Shown: positions 47,544 through 60,102 of the stretch, one piece after another | Layout: each line of letters starts with the position of its first letter | How positions within the stretch are numbered: the first letter of the stretch is position 1 | Origin: Macrostomum lignano | Lineage: Eukaryota | Assembly: GCA_002269645.1 (NCBI GenBank) | Contig: NIVC01000859.1 | Coordinates: 124,001-188,000 of the forward strand | Direction of reading: 5' to 3' | DNA length: 64,000 nt | Notes under the pieces: model-generated | The model's input: only the letters and a program-made list of their open reading frames with translations | The model's database searches: none | What the model was told of the DNA's origin: nothing | Position numbers and translations under genes: made by a program

Positions 47544-48744
47544 CGATAATACAGTAACTCAAATTCGATCTATAATCTCTGAGCTTAATCTCTAATCTCT
47601 AAGATAGATTATGATCGAGAGGGCAACCTCTAGAGGTCCTTGACCACCTTGACCAGCACTATCGATTGGTTCGATGGGGTCTCCATTGTAGAGGGGACGG
47701 CTGCCCCCTCGCTCTTGCCCTCTTCCTTATGGCTCCTGACCCCCTTCCAGAGTGATCATGCACATTCCCGCTCGTTCGCACCTCCAAAAAAGCAAGCAAC
47801 ACACCGTGCACCCATCCCAGAAGCAGGCCAAAAGAATGTTTCAATTATATACGACTTGACTTTACTTCGTGCCCTATCCGTCTTGATCTGTTTGCTTTTG
47901 GTGCGGGGCTTACAATACTGTGTTGCTGGTAGACAGTTCATTCTCATTTCTTTGTTGCCGACCTTGTGCTTGACTTGCTTGGCGGAGGAACAAGGGGAAG
48001 CTGATGATGATGATAGCCCCCCCCCCTCCAAGAGAAGCTGGAAAAACTAATTTTTCCTAGCCAAGAAACAATTGTGTCACATCCCGCGGGTCTGTCACCA
48101 GAGATCGCGTCCTGCGCGTTCCTGTTTGTCTTTTGTCAGGTAAATATAATTGCATTTCGGGCAGGTCACTACAGCCAGAGCCATGCAGAGCTAACAGCTG
48201 GGAGGCTGGGAGCAACATAGGCTGATAGAGATCGAGCTAAGAGGGGCCTGCAGGGGGCTGACAAATCAATCATTGAAAGACTGCATGGTTTAGTGAAGGA
48301 TGCAGAAAATTGTATCCTTCAGCTGAAAGACCAATTCAGCGTGCCAAAGTGGACAAGAGGAAACAGCGCCAATCCCCAGATTCTGATCCCCGGCAGCCAC
48401 TATAGTGTCACGTATTAGCACGTTCCCTCCCTCTTTTCATACCGTATTGAGCGTGTTCGTTTGCATTCAAGTGAATTTAGTTAACACCTGGAAGATAGGA
48501 ATTTTCTTTGGGCATTTTCGGTCACATCAGCTGAGATCTTCCCGATCTACATCACTTTCTCCAGGTGGCGTATATCGAAGAGATACAGAGGCTTGTCTGA
48601 CCCTACAAGCATCAGTTGGTACCAACTTAAGTTTTTATAGGGGCCAAGTTGAGGGCTTGTTTTGTCCTCCAAATTGTCAGTTTATTTGGCACTAAAAAAA
48701 AAGTTCTTTTAAAAGTTTTTTAGGGCGCTAAATTGAGAGTTTTC

Positions 48745-49355
48745 GGCCAAAAAATCAATTTGGCGCCAAATTGACAGTTTCTTTGGAGCCAAACTGAGAA
48801 TTTGTTTGTAGACAAGTTGAAAGTTTGTTTGGCGCCAAATTGCAAGAATTTGTTTGGCGCAAAACTGAGGGCTTATTTTGGTGCCAAATTGAATGTTTGT
48901 TGAGCGACAAGTCGACAGTTTGTTTGGCGCCAAATTGAGAATTTTTCTGTCGCCAAGTTGACAGTTTGTTTGGCGCCAAATTGAGAATTTTTCTGTCGCC
49001 AAGTTGACAGTTTGTTTGGCGCCAAATTGAGAATTTTTTTGTCGCCAAGTTGACAGTTTGTTTGGCGCCAAATTGAGAATTTTTCTGTCGCCAAGTTGAC
49101 AGTTTGTTTGGCGCCAAGTTGACAGTTTGTTTGGCGCCAAATTGCGAGAATTTGTTTGGCGCAAAACTGCAAGGGCTTGTTTGGCGCCAAATTCAATGTT
49201 TGTTGAGCGTCAAGTCGACAGTTTGTTTGGCGCCAAATTAACAGCTTGTTTGGCGCCAAATCGCGAGAAGTTGTTTGGCGCACAACTGAGGGCTTGTTTG
49301 GTGCCAAATTGAAAGTTTGTTGAGCGTCAAGTCGACAGTTTGTTTGGCGCCGAAT
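48745..49355. repeat. Compound minisatellite built on TTTGGCGCCAAA
   Basis: Alternating 20-22 bp subunits, with about ten perfect 12-bp palindromes. Confidence 0.88.
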
Positions 49356-50612
49356 TGATAGTTGAGGTTTAAACAAAAGGAGCGCGGAGAGGAGTGGAAG
49401 CAATAAGCTGAATCTGAAAGCTAGGTCACAATGGATCGAAATTAGGCTTGAATTCAAGAGGACAAGACAAGACAAGACAAGAGGATCGAATAAATTTCCT
49501 GAAAAATGCCCCCACCTTTTGTATTTGCCTAGTGGCCTCAGATTGGCACCTGTATACAATGTCCTGTGCATTACTTGGCTATAATAACTTAGCTTTAAAT
49601 TGCTTGGTACTAATGTACACCAAAAAGTTCTATGCAATTGCACGCTTGGTGCCAAATACAAATTTTATGGTTACTCTCCCTCTGCCACTCTCCCCTCTGC
49701 CACCCTCTCCCCTCTGCTACCACTCTTCCCCTAATGTTCATCAGAAAAATTCGCCCAATAGTTCATTGCACATTCACTGAATGGCGTCAACAGTGGCATT
49801 TAATATTAATTCGTAGCAACCCCATTCTTAAAATAGAACTTCTCACGAAAACGCTCAGATCCTACTTTTAGTAGCTAAGCATGCATTGTTTAACTTTGTA
49901 TTTTAGTCAGTAATTAAATTGACTGGATAAATGAATAGTTTTAAAAATGTAAAAAAGATAAAATTTTTTACTGCAAAGAGAGGAACTCTAATTTTTAAAA
50001 TGAAGAAACAAAATTGATATAAAAGAATTGTTATAATACGTTGTATTCTACGCGGGAAACGGTTTCATGTAAACCCAAAAACCTAATTAATTTACTATAC
50101 TAACCCAAGCCAGACGAAAGGGCGGGCAGATGAAAATGACCGCGCCCCACACAGCCAGCCATGCCAGCTGTCTAGCTAGCACCAGACACGCCAATCCAAG
50201 GGCCAGATGACATTGGCAAATCTAGTTTATTTTTTGAGAGTTAAACTTTAAAAGTTATTTTTGCTTAGATTTTGAGATTAAAAATCAAAGTTTTTGCTGC
50301 ATTATTCAGCAGCAGTGAATTTATTTTCTTCACAAATAAATTTTTGGTTAGAAAAATTTTCTAACCTTAGCTTAGCCTTAGACCTTTTGCCATCTTTATT
50401 TTTAGTGCTAGTAAGCTAGATTGAATTGGCATCCTAAGCCTATGGCTATGCTATGCATATTGCATAATCCACAGATTCTAGAATTCTAGAAGCTAGAAGA
50501 ATTCTAGAAGCTATAAGATTCCATTGCCACCTATTTTTCAAACTCTAGCAATTATTTTCAAGATTACAATATTTATTAAGCAAAAGGCCTTTTATGTTTG
50601 ATAAAAAGGTTT

Positions 50613-51057
50613 GGCAATCCTACACTTCCATTCGGTAAATTATTTTGACACTGAAATTTGAACAGGCGTGTTAAATAACAGTGTAACCAAACAAAACAAG
50701 CAGATGGTACTTTGCCAACCACTGCATTGCAGACAGCGTGTCCTGGGTGACAATGTGCAGATCCCGTAGCGACATGTTGAGATTGAGTAGCTCGGTGGTG
50801 TTTCAAACCTCGTCTAATGGGATGATGAACCCGGGTGCTGCAGGTTGCCCAGCCATGGCACCGAAGACAGAAAGATATGAGAAATTGAAGCTCAAAAAAC
50901 AAGCAGCTCACAAGCAACAGCTCCCTTAAACTGACACCCCTTAAACTCTGTTCGCTCAAACTTTTGGCCACAGACACATTGCCAATCGACGTCATTTGAC
51001 TTGGTGGTACAAATTCAAATGTTAAAATAATTTACCGAATGGAAGTGTAGGATTGCC
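50613..51057. mobile_element. 445-bp MITE, Merlin-like by terminal features
   Basis: 38-bp TIR GGCAATCCTACACTTCCATTCGGTAAATTATTTT(G/A)ACA, 37/38 identical. Perfect 8-bp TSD AAAGGTTT (50605-50612, 51058-51065). Confidence 0.85.
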
Positions 51058-52092
51058 AAAGGTTTCAACCTACTTCGGCAAAAGAATTTTTGGCAAAAAT
51101 CAATAACGGCGAAAAATACTTTTGCAATGACCATTTTGTCTAAAGCTGACCATTTTGGCAAAAAATTTATTCTAAGCTTCGCTGAAAAGTTTTTGTTTTA
51201 GAAGAAAGTTAAAAAGAAAAACAACGAACTTTATAAAGACTAATTTTATCGTGACAATGACATGTTTTGTTTTGTCGCAGTTTAATTGAGTTGTTTTATG
51301 AGATGCCCATCTGTTACGGCGGAATTTCAAAGTACGATTTTAGGAGCCTGGATAATCTGAAAAACCACACTGTCATCATCCCTAATCTATCGACTGCCTT
51401 AGACATGTGTCTAAGGTGTTATTGCAAAGCTGAGACATGCATTAAGAAGTGGTAGAAGTTTCAGAGCAAATGATTGAAGCATAGAGATGGAGCAATAAGT
51501 CAAAAATTTGGTTGGTCCTGGTACGGATGATGAATGACTCACGGAAAGCACACTTTGGAAGCAGATATCCCAGGAAATACAAAAGTCAGACATGTGTCTA
51601 AGGTGTCATTGCAAAGCTGAGACATGCGTCAGAAACTGACAAAAAATTCATAGCTACTGTTACTTCATAAGTTCTTTGGCGTGAGAATTTTTTGTAAGGA
51701 ATGTGTGATAAAATTTGTTTTGACACACTTTGTATTTGTACCAATATTTTTTTCTTTAAGACATAAAATTTATTTTCTGCAAAATTTTAAAGTTGAATAA
51801 AATTTATCAGCATTAATGCATCCTGAAACATAAATTCATTTTTTGTTTGAATTATCCGTTTGAAGGAGAAAATATCTGTCAAGAATATCTGTCGGGGAAC
51901 CCTCACACATCATTTTTATACATTATAAATTATAAAATTATAAAACTAATTCTAAAAGAATAACCAGAGTTGGCATATGTCAAAGTGCAAATTCTAGTTT
52001 TTTATTCTAATCCAATATAAATAAATATAATAAACAAAAAATAATAATGTTCTTTAAATAACAGGCTATAACTTTATAATGATAATACTATA

Positions 52093-53290
52093 TAGGTAGA
52101 ACAAAAGTCTTGTCATCAGTTACCTCTTGACAAGCAAACAGGTAAAAAACATGGAATATTTTGTAATGTCTATTTGCTGCAATCACATGCTGGCAGTGGT
52201 CTTGAGGCAGATTCACTTATTTGTTATTCTTAGAAAGCACTTTTAGAGATGCTCTGCAACACCTATAATAAGGCATCTTCAACTTCTTGATAGCTATTAA
52301 GGTCATGTCCCACAGTACATTCTTCATCAAAGGAATAAAAATGAATCACATAGGTTTAGATCAAGACTATAGGGGCTCTGCCATATAATAGTGACAGAAC
52401 GCTCTTGCAGGAAATCTTAAAAGAGTTGTGTAACAATATGCAGTTAAGCATTGTCTATTTGCAAGCTAATCTTGCTCAGTTAGACTGGATTGGAACATAG
52501 AATATGCCACAGGTTTCTAGTTCACTAAAGATAGCTTACTTTCTACTTGGTATCGATTGTCTCATTCCTAAAGCAATATAGGCCTAGTGACTAAGAATTG
52601 ATTATTGGCTATGAATGACTATTAGCAGGGACTTCCATTTCATCATGGTATTTGGTTGCATGACCTGCTTCTGGGGCTTTTCTTTCTCAAACCAAGTCCT
52701 ATTATAGTCTGTTCTATATATGAGCATTCCAGGACACCTATGTTTTATCTTGTACAGTATATAAATTGTACCTTTCCTCTTTTATCCCTAGCAAAACCAT
52801 TGCAATTGTGTGGCACAGTTGACTCGCACTTGTCTCTGCTCATCTGTGAGATTGTAGGATACCTACACAGCACACTCACCTTAGCTACAAGTCCTCTTAA
52901 AGGATACAGAGTATTATGTTATGGTCATTACTCAGCTGCTTAGCTAGATTACAAGACAAGAGATTGGGATCCTTACAGATCATCTCTTTTACCTTCATTA
53001 CCAGCTCACCCATCCTTGAGCTCCTTGGCTAGCCAGGTCAGTTACCATTGCCAAGCACTTCCCATGTCCCATCATTGACATCTTTTATCTAGCAATATAT
53101 GGTTCTTAGGGATAGAACAGCATTGCCCTAAGCAGCTTTTAGATCTTGGTAGACTTTGGTAGCTGAATCACTAAGCTTGTCAATGGTTTCTAAAAAGTTT
53201 ATCTATGGCCATTTTTTAAATGAAAAATTATGGAATAATATCTATTTTAGCAAAGTTATAATATAAATGATAATACTTTTGTTCCACTCA
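52093..53290 (-). mobile_element. Second full-length decayed mariner element
   Basis: Imperfect TIRs (19/25) at 52093-52117 / 53266-53290. Relic peptides ATKVYQDLKAA*GNAVLSLRTIYC*IK, YNLTDEQRQVRV, DKT*V, LQIDNA*LH, SPYSLDLNLCDSFLF. Confidence 0.88.
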
Positions 53291-53734
53291 AAGTATTCTT
53301 AACAAACACATTTTTTAACTTTGAAATATGTATTTTTTCTAAAAAAAATGCTATTTGTTTTTTTCTATATTAGAAGCATATGTTCTATAAATTCTTTAAA
53401 GCTAAATAGAACAAAAATATAAATACTTATTATTATATTGTAAGTTTTATGGTTTTAAATATGCAAACTAGTGCATTTGCATACTACCTAGAGTAGGAAG
53501 AATGTGCAAAAATCTAACTTTTAATATTTGTAAGCTAAACTATATTGCTTATTTAGTCTATATTAAAAAATGAGAATGCATTGTAACTTTTTGTAATAAA
53601 TCCAACAATTAAAACTTTGGTTAATGCTAAAATGGAGTATTTTTATGTATACCAACTTTTATAATTATATAGTTTTGATTCTAATTCTGTCAAAGCCCCA
53701 GTTTGCATGTTTTGAGTCTTAATTATTATATTTA

Positions 53735-54132
53735 AAGCCTTAATTCTCATGTTTAGAGTCCCAATTCTCATGTTTAGAGCCTTGATTCTCATGTTTATTA
53801 GAGCCCTGATACTCATGTTTAGAGCCCTGATTCTCATGTTTATTAGAGCCCTGATTCTCATGTTTAGAGCCTTAGAGAATAGAGCCTAGATTCTCATGTT
53901 TAGAGCCCTAATTCCCATGTTTATTAAAGAGCCCTGAAACTCATGTTTAGAGCCCTGATTCTCATGTTTATCAAAGCCTTGATTCTCATGTTTATCAGAT
54001 CCCTGATACTCATGTTTAGAGCCCTGATTCTCATGCTTAGAGCTCTGATTCTCATGTTTATAGTGTTGATTCTTATGTTTAGACTAGATTCTTATGTTTA
54101 GAGCTCTGATTCTTATATTTGGAGCCCTGATG
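53735..54132. repeat. 21/24-bp minisatellite CTCATGTTT(ATT)AGAGCCCTGATT
   Basis: About 18 units. Confidence 0.92.
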
Positions 54133-54656
54133 ACATTGTCCAAGTAAACACAAAATAATCAATGAATCTAATATTCACAGCCCTGACATATTTAAAGTAC
54201 ATGCTTAAGAATAAATGTAACCAGTTACCAGTACGTATACTTAAAGTAGTTAATAAGAGATGTTATCGATCGTGTACTTGCACATAAATTCTAGTAGCAG
54301 CCCAAAAAAGAGTTATTGAAAAAAATCTTCAAAGTAAATTTTTATCCAGTTAGTTACTAACATTTTGCTTGCATTCCTTTCTAAATGAAGCTTTATTTCT
54401 CTTGAATCTGCGTTTGAAACCCTTTTCTGAGCACTGATACTACAGAAGTACTACACATGCCTGAAAGTCTTTAATTAAGACTTCATTTTCTTTTTTCGTC
54501 CACACTCTAGCCTCGTTTGAACAGTTTTGAGTCTAACAATTACCCAGTTTCCTTCAACTCGAACTCATGTTTGACTGCGTGCATGTGTGCGCGCATGGCT
54601 ACCAACTCTCTGCCTCCCTCATGTGCTCCTCTCTCATGGGTGTGTGTGCTTGTGCC

Positions 54657-54700
54657 TATATAAAGTCTGCTAAAGCTACACTTATTTCCATAACTCAGTT
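54657..54700 (+). promoter_or_regulatory. Candidate core promoter (TATA box plus initiator)
   Basis: TATATAAAG at 54657-54665 and TCAGTT (TCAKTY-type Inr) at 54695-54700, upstream of AAACAAAATG at 54758. Confidence 0.45.
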
Positions 54701-54757
54701 TTCGTTGTTTCATTTTTACTCTCCCGTGACCTGTCTATAAATAGAAAATCAAACAAA

Positions 54758-54929
54758 ATGGCTGAAACTATTCGAAAAAAGTTAGAAATACAGATTGACG
54801 AATCATTGAAATTGTCAGTTGGGGATTTGTCAAATTCTGAAGATGAAGAGGAGGAAGAAGACTGCTTGTCGTCGTCTGGGCTCACATCGCCCAGCTCGTT
54901 TGTGTATTATTATCGTGGCTGCATTTCAG
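54758..54929 (+). CDS. Probable first coding exon of an unidentified gene
   Basis: A-rich start context. MAETIRKKLEIQIDESLKLSVGDLSNSEDEEEEEDCLSSSGLTSPSSFVYYYRGCIS. Phase-1 donor CAG|GTTGGT at 54930. Product not recognised. Confidence 0.5.
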
Positions 54930-55039
54930 GTTGGTTTGTGATGTTTTAACTCGATACGTTTATTCATTGTATATCTGTGTTCATTGTCACTTTTTTTAAC
55001 TGAAATTGTTTTGATGCTTCTCTATTCTTACTTCCTTTA

Positions 55040-56310
55040 TCTCACGCCTGCCCTCATTTCACCCCTGTCCTCTCCACTCTCTTTCTCTCCTCTCCTTTCT
55101 TCCCCTCCTCTTCTCTCTCCTTTCTCCCTTCTGTTTTCTCCCCTCTCTTTTCTCCCCTCCTTTCTCCCCTCTCTTCTCCCCTCTCCTTTCTCCCTTCGTT
55201 TTCCCCCCCTCTCTTTTCTCCCCTCCTTTCTCCCTTCTCTTTTCTCCCCTCCTTTCTCCCCTCTTTTCTCCCCTCCTTTCTCCCCTCTCTTCTCCCCTCC
55301 TTTCTCCCTTCTTTTCTCCCCTCCTTTCTCCCTTCTGTTTTCTCCCCTCTCTTTTCTCCCCTTCTTTCTCCCCTCTCTTTTCTCCCCTCCTTTCTCCCCT
55401 CTCTTTTCTCCCCTCCTTTCTCCCCTCTCCCCTCTCATTTCACCCCTGTCCTCTCCACTCTCTTTCTCTCCTCTCCTTTCTTCCCCTCCTCTTCCTTCTC
55501 CTTTCTCCCTTCTGTTTTCTCCCCTCCTTTCTCCCCTCTCTTCTCCCCTCCTTTCTCCCCTCTCTTTTCTCCCCTTCTTTCTCCCCTCTCTTCTCCCCTC
55601 CTTTCTCCCTTCTCTTTTCTCCCCTCCTTTCTCCCCTCTCTTTTCTCCCCTCCTTTCTCCCCTCTTTTCTCCCCTCTTTTCTCCCCTCCTTTCTCCCCTC
55701 TTCTCCCCTCCTGTCTCCCCTCTCTTTTCTCCCCTTCTTTCTCCCCTCTCTTTTCTCCCCTTCTTTCTTCCTTCTCTTTTCTCCCCTCCTTTCTCCCCTC
55801 TCTTCTCCCCTCCTTTCTCCCTTCTCTTTTCTCCCCTCCTTTCTCCCCTCTCTTCTCCGCTCTCCTTTCTCCCATCTCTTCTCCCCTCTCCTTTCTCCCC
55901 TCTCTTCTCCGCTCTCCTTTCTCCCATCTCTTCTCCCCTCTCTTTTCTCCCATCTCTTCTCCCCTCTCCTTTCTCCCATCTCCTTTGTCCCCTCTCCTTC
56001 CTCCCCTCTCCTTTCTCCCCTCTCCGTTCTTCCCTCCTCTCTTCCTGTCTCACTCATTTCTCCCCTCATTTCTCTTCTCCCCTCTCTCTTTCGTTTCTCC
56101 CCTCTCATCTGTACTCTCTCCTTTTCCTCATCTCTTGTCCCCCTCTCATTTCTACTCTCCTCCCTTTTCTCCTCTCTCCCTCGTTTCCTCTTCTCTCTTT
56201 CCTCTCTACTTGCTTTCTTGCCTTTCGTCTCTCCTCTCTCCCTTCTCCTTATCTCTTCTCTTTCCCGTCCTCTCTACGTCCTCTCCTCTCCTCCCGTTTC
56301 TCATTTCTCC
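55040..56310. repeat. Polypyrimidine (TTTCTCCCCTC-type) low-complexity array
   Basis: Direct observation. Confidence 0.95.
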
Positions 56311-57959
56311 TTTTTATCGCTTTCTTATCTGTACTTTGCTTTCAGTTTTTTACGTTATTCTAATTTTCCCTCCGCCTGTAATCTCATAACTCATCACTCT
56401 CATCTTGAAGGCAATTCCAATCCAATCTACGAAAAATATCGAGTTGAAAATGTACGAGGATTAATACAGATTGACAGTTGATATGAAGTTGAGCTTGAGC
56501 ACGCCATAATGCCATTTGATAATAATCCCTAGCTGCTGCGAATCATGTGCATTTGGCTCTGTAATTAGAGCCTATTATTATGAGACTATTCCATACAGAC
56601 AATGCCAGCCTGAATTAAATGGCATTGGATACTGAAGTAGATTGATTTTTTTCTGTTATCCATCTGCCTTTCTTGTCGTCTTTCGTTTCTCTGAAGTCGT
56701 ATCTGTCCATGGACTCTTTGTAGCATTCTCTGGACTGGAAGCGAACAGGGAAATCCAGGGACTCCTAGCTGGAGCTCTGAACTAGAAACGGCAAGCAGGA
56801 AAAACCAGGGACTCCTAGAAGTCTCTAGATTAGAAAGGATGTAAGAAAGACAGAGACTTCAAAAGAGTCGATGATGCTTTTGTGTATTATATTACATGTT
56901 TATGGCTTCTTGCTGGCTCTGACTTACTAATAATGTACCCTTGGTAACTAAATGGGCGTTGTCTGTTATTCCATTGATTTTGTCAAACTCTTTTCCTCTG
57001 CATTAAGATAGGACAGTAGCTAGGGTCTGTGCTCTGTACTCCCTACGCCCTATGAATCTATAGTCAGTCTATAGTCACCTCTGTTTTTTTTCTAAAAAAG
57101 TTCTTTATTACAACCAACCAAACTCCACGTTGAATGGAAGTTTCCATCGCTCCAGCTCTGTACTGTCTTCACCTGCCTCTCTTCCCCGTTGCACATGTCC
57201 ATCATGTGAATTTTCTTCCTGTCCCTTTTTCTACCTGTCCAAACTGTCTGCACTGCTGTTACCTATGTCTGGAATGGGTTGCCATGGCAACGCCGTACGG
57301 ATGGGGGTGACGGAGCTGTGGCATTTGGGCTGATATACTGGGGCCAGTTTCCAGATTCTTGAGTCTTTTCTCTCTACCCCTTCATTAATCCCCAGTGCCC
57401 GATACTCTCAGGGGATTCGAGCTGAGAACGGTTCATTAGCGCGAAACCGTGTGCTCAAGGGCGAGAGAGAGAGAGAGAGAGAAAGAGCAGAAAGAGCAGA
57501 AAAGGGACTGAGCTGACAGACAGAACGTCACTGCACAGGTAGATTTCTCGCCTCTAAGCTTAACCACGTATTAAAATCCTCTCCCTTGCTCAGAACCTCA
57601 TTGGTCAGCTCTGTACTGACAGACTCAGCTCTGGCTTATTCTAACCCTTATAGAGCATAAAAATCTATTATTCCCATATATGTTCCTGACGAAATAATCC
57701 CCAATTGAATCTCAGTTATAAGCAAATCTCTGTAAGCTTTATTATATAGATATATTCAATCTCTTCAAGTCTTAATGGTTGTTCAACTGCAGTCTACTGA
57801 GAATAAACTAAGAGGTGAATTTTTTTCTATTACTTTTTGCACTACTTTTGTTAGGTCTGTCTGTTTACATTAATAGCAATGTTTTTTTCATGTAGCATTT
57901 TATTTTATTTGTACAAGCTTGCTGCCTGCAACTTGGTTAGGTTCGGACACCCTAATCTG

Positions 57960-59890
57960 CCATCATCCCAGATCCTCGGTTGCTGGGCCAGCCTCCCCGA
58001 TCATCAGTTGCTGGGCCAGCCTCCCCGATCATCAGTTGCTGGGCCAGCCTCCCCGATCATCAGTTGCTGGGCCAGCCTCCCCGATCATCAGTTGCTAGGC
58101 CACCAGCCTCTCAAATCCTCAGTTGATGGGCCAGCCTCCCAGATCCTCAGTTGCTGGGCCAGCCTCCCCGATCATCAGTTGCTGGGCCAGCCTCCCCGAT
58201 CATCAGTTGCTAGGCCACCAGCCTCTCAAATCCTCAGTTGATGGGCCAGCCTCCCAGATCCTCAGTTGCTGGGCCAGCCTCCCCGATCATCAGTTGCTGG
58301 GCCAGCCTCCCCGATCATCAGTTGCTAGGCCACCAGTCTCCCAGATCCTCGGTTGCTGGGCCAGCCTCTCAAATCCTCAGTTGATGGGCCAGCCTCCCCG
58401 ATCATCAGTTGCTGGGCCAGCCTCCCCGATCATCAGTTGCTGGGCCAGTCTCCCGATCATCAGTTGCTAGGCCACCAGTCTCCCAGATCCTCGGTTGCTG
58501 GGCCAGCCTCCCAGATCCTCAGTTGCTGGGCCAGCCTCCCCGATCATCAGTTGCTGGGCCAGCCTCCCCGATCATCAGTTGCTGGGCCAGTCTCCCGATC
58601 ATCAGTTGCTAGGCCACCAGTCTCCCAGATCCTCGGTTGCTGGGCCAGCCTCTCAAATCCTCAGTTGATGGGCCAGCCTCCCAGATCCTCAGTTGCTGGG
58701 CCACCAGCCTCCCAGATTCTCAGTTGCTGGGCCACCAGCCTCCCAGATCCTCAGTTGATGGGCCAGTCTCCCCGATCATCAGTTGTTGGGCCACCAGTCT
58801 CCCAGATCCTCGGTTGCTGGGCCAGCCTCTCAGATCCTCAGTTGATGGGCCAGCCTCCCAGATCCTCAGTTGCTGGGCCACCAGCCTCCCAGATTCCCAG
58901 TTGCTGGGCCACCAGCCTCCCAGATTCTCAGTTGCTGGGCCACCAGCCTCCCAGATCCTCAGTTGATGGGCCAGTCTCCCCGATCATCAGTTGTTGGGCC
59001 ACCAGTCTCCCAGATCCTCGGTTGCTGGGCCAGCCTCTCAGATCCTCAGTTGATGGGCCAGCCTCCCAGATCCTCAGTTGCTGGGCCACCAGCCTCCCAG
59101 ATCCTCAGTTGATGGGCCAGTCTCCCCGATCATCAGTTGTTGGGCCACCAGCCTCCCAGATCCTCGGTTGCTGGGCCAGCCTCCCCGATCATCAGTTGCT
59201 GGGCCAGCCTCCCCGATCATCAGTTGCTAGGCCACCAGTCTCCCAGATCCTCGGTTGCTGGGCCACCAGCCTCCCAGATCCTCAGTTGATGGGCCAGTCT
59301 CCCCGATCATCAGTTGTTGGGCCACCAGTCTCCCAGATCCTCGGTTGCTGGGCCAGCCTCTCAGATCCTCAGTTGATGGGCCAGCCTCCCAGATCCTCAG
59401 TTGCTGGGCCACCAGCCTCCCAGATTCCCAGTTGCTGGGCCACCAGCCTCCCAGATCCTCAGTTGCTGGGCCACCAGCCTCCCAAATCCTCAGTTGCTGG
59501 GCCACCAGCCTCCCAGATTCTCAGTTGCTGGGCCACCAGCCTCCCAGATCCTCAGTTGCTGGGCCATCAGCCTCCCAGATTCTCAGTTGCTGGGCCACCA
59601 GCCTCCCAGATCCTCAGTTGCTGGGCCAGTCTCCCCGATCATCAGTTGCTGGGCCACCAGTCTCCCAGATCCTCGGTTGCTGGGCCAGCCTCTCAGATCC
59701 TCAGTTGCTGGGCCACCAGCCTCCCAGATCCTCAGTTGCTGGGCCACAAGCCTCCCAAATCCTCAGTTGCTGGGCCACCAGCCTCCCAGATCCTCAGTTG
59801 CTGGGCCACCAGCCTCCCAGATCCTCAGTTGCTGGGCCACCAGCCTCCCAGATCCTCAGTTGCTGGGCCACCAGCCTTCCAGATCCTCAG
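57960..59890. repeat. 28-32 bp minisatellite CCCAGATCCTCAGTTGCTGGGCC(ACC)AGCCT
   Basis: About 65 units. Reverse complement of the array at 88-695. Confidence 0.95.
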
Positions 59891-59976
59891 TTTGTTCTTC
59901 ATCTAAAACTGTCAATATTTAGAAAAATCCATAAGTGCAGTGCATTAATCTGTGTGAAACGCTGAATATTTTGCAG

Positions 59977-60102
59977 CGATACCAGAAGAGCTGGCACAAG
60001 GCATGGCAGCAATGGACGCAGATGAAGGCTCAGCACCCGACGGACTGGCAGAGGACTCAACTGTGGATGTCGAACATGATGGAGGCGACGCAGCCATTGC
60101 TC
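59977..60102 (+). CDS. Probable internal exon (126 nt), likely of the gene starting at 54758
   Basis: Acceptor TATTTTGCAG| and donor |GTGAGT. Length is a multiple of 3, and the sequence is GC-richer than its flanks. Phase-1 frame reads IPEELAQGMAAMDADEGSAPDGLAEDSTVDVEHDGGDAAIA. Confidence 0.55.

Noticed and set aside
47640-48050. FFWP..C..C-like motif suggesting an integrase zinc-binding region
   Set aside because: The match is too short and no consistent frame or neighbouring pol motifs were found.
54984-59965. Leu/Ser/Pro- and Arg/Glu/Gly-rich ORFs, and 517-aa SQILSCWA-repeat ORFs
   Set aside because: Translations of polypyrimidine and 28-bp arrays.
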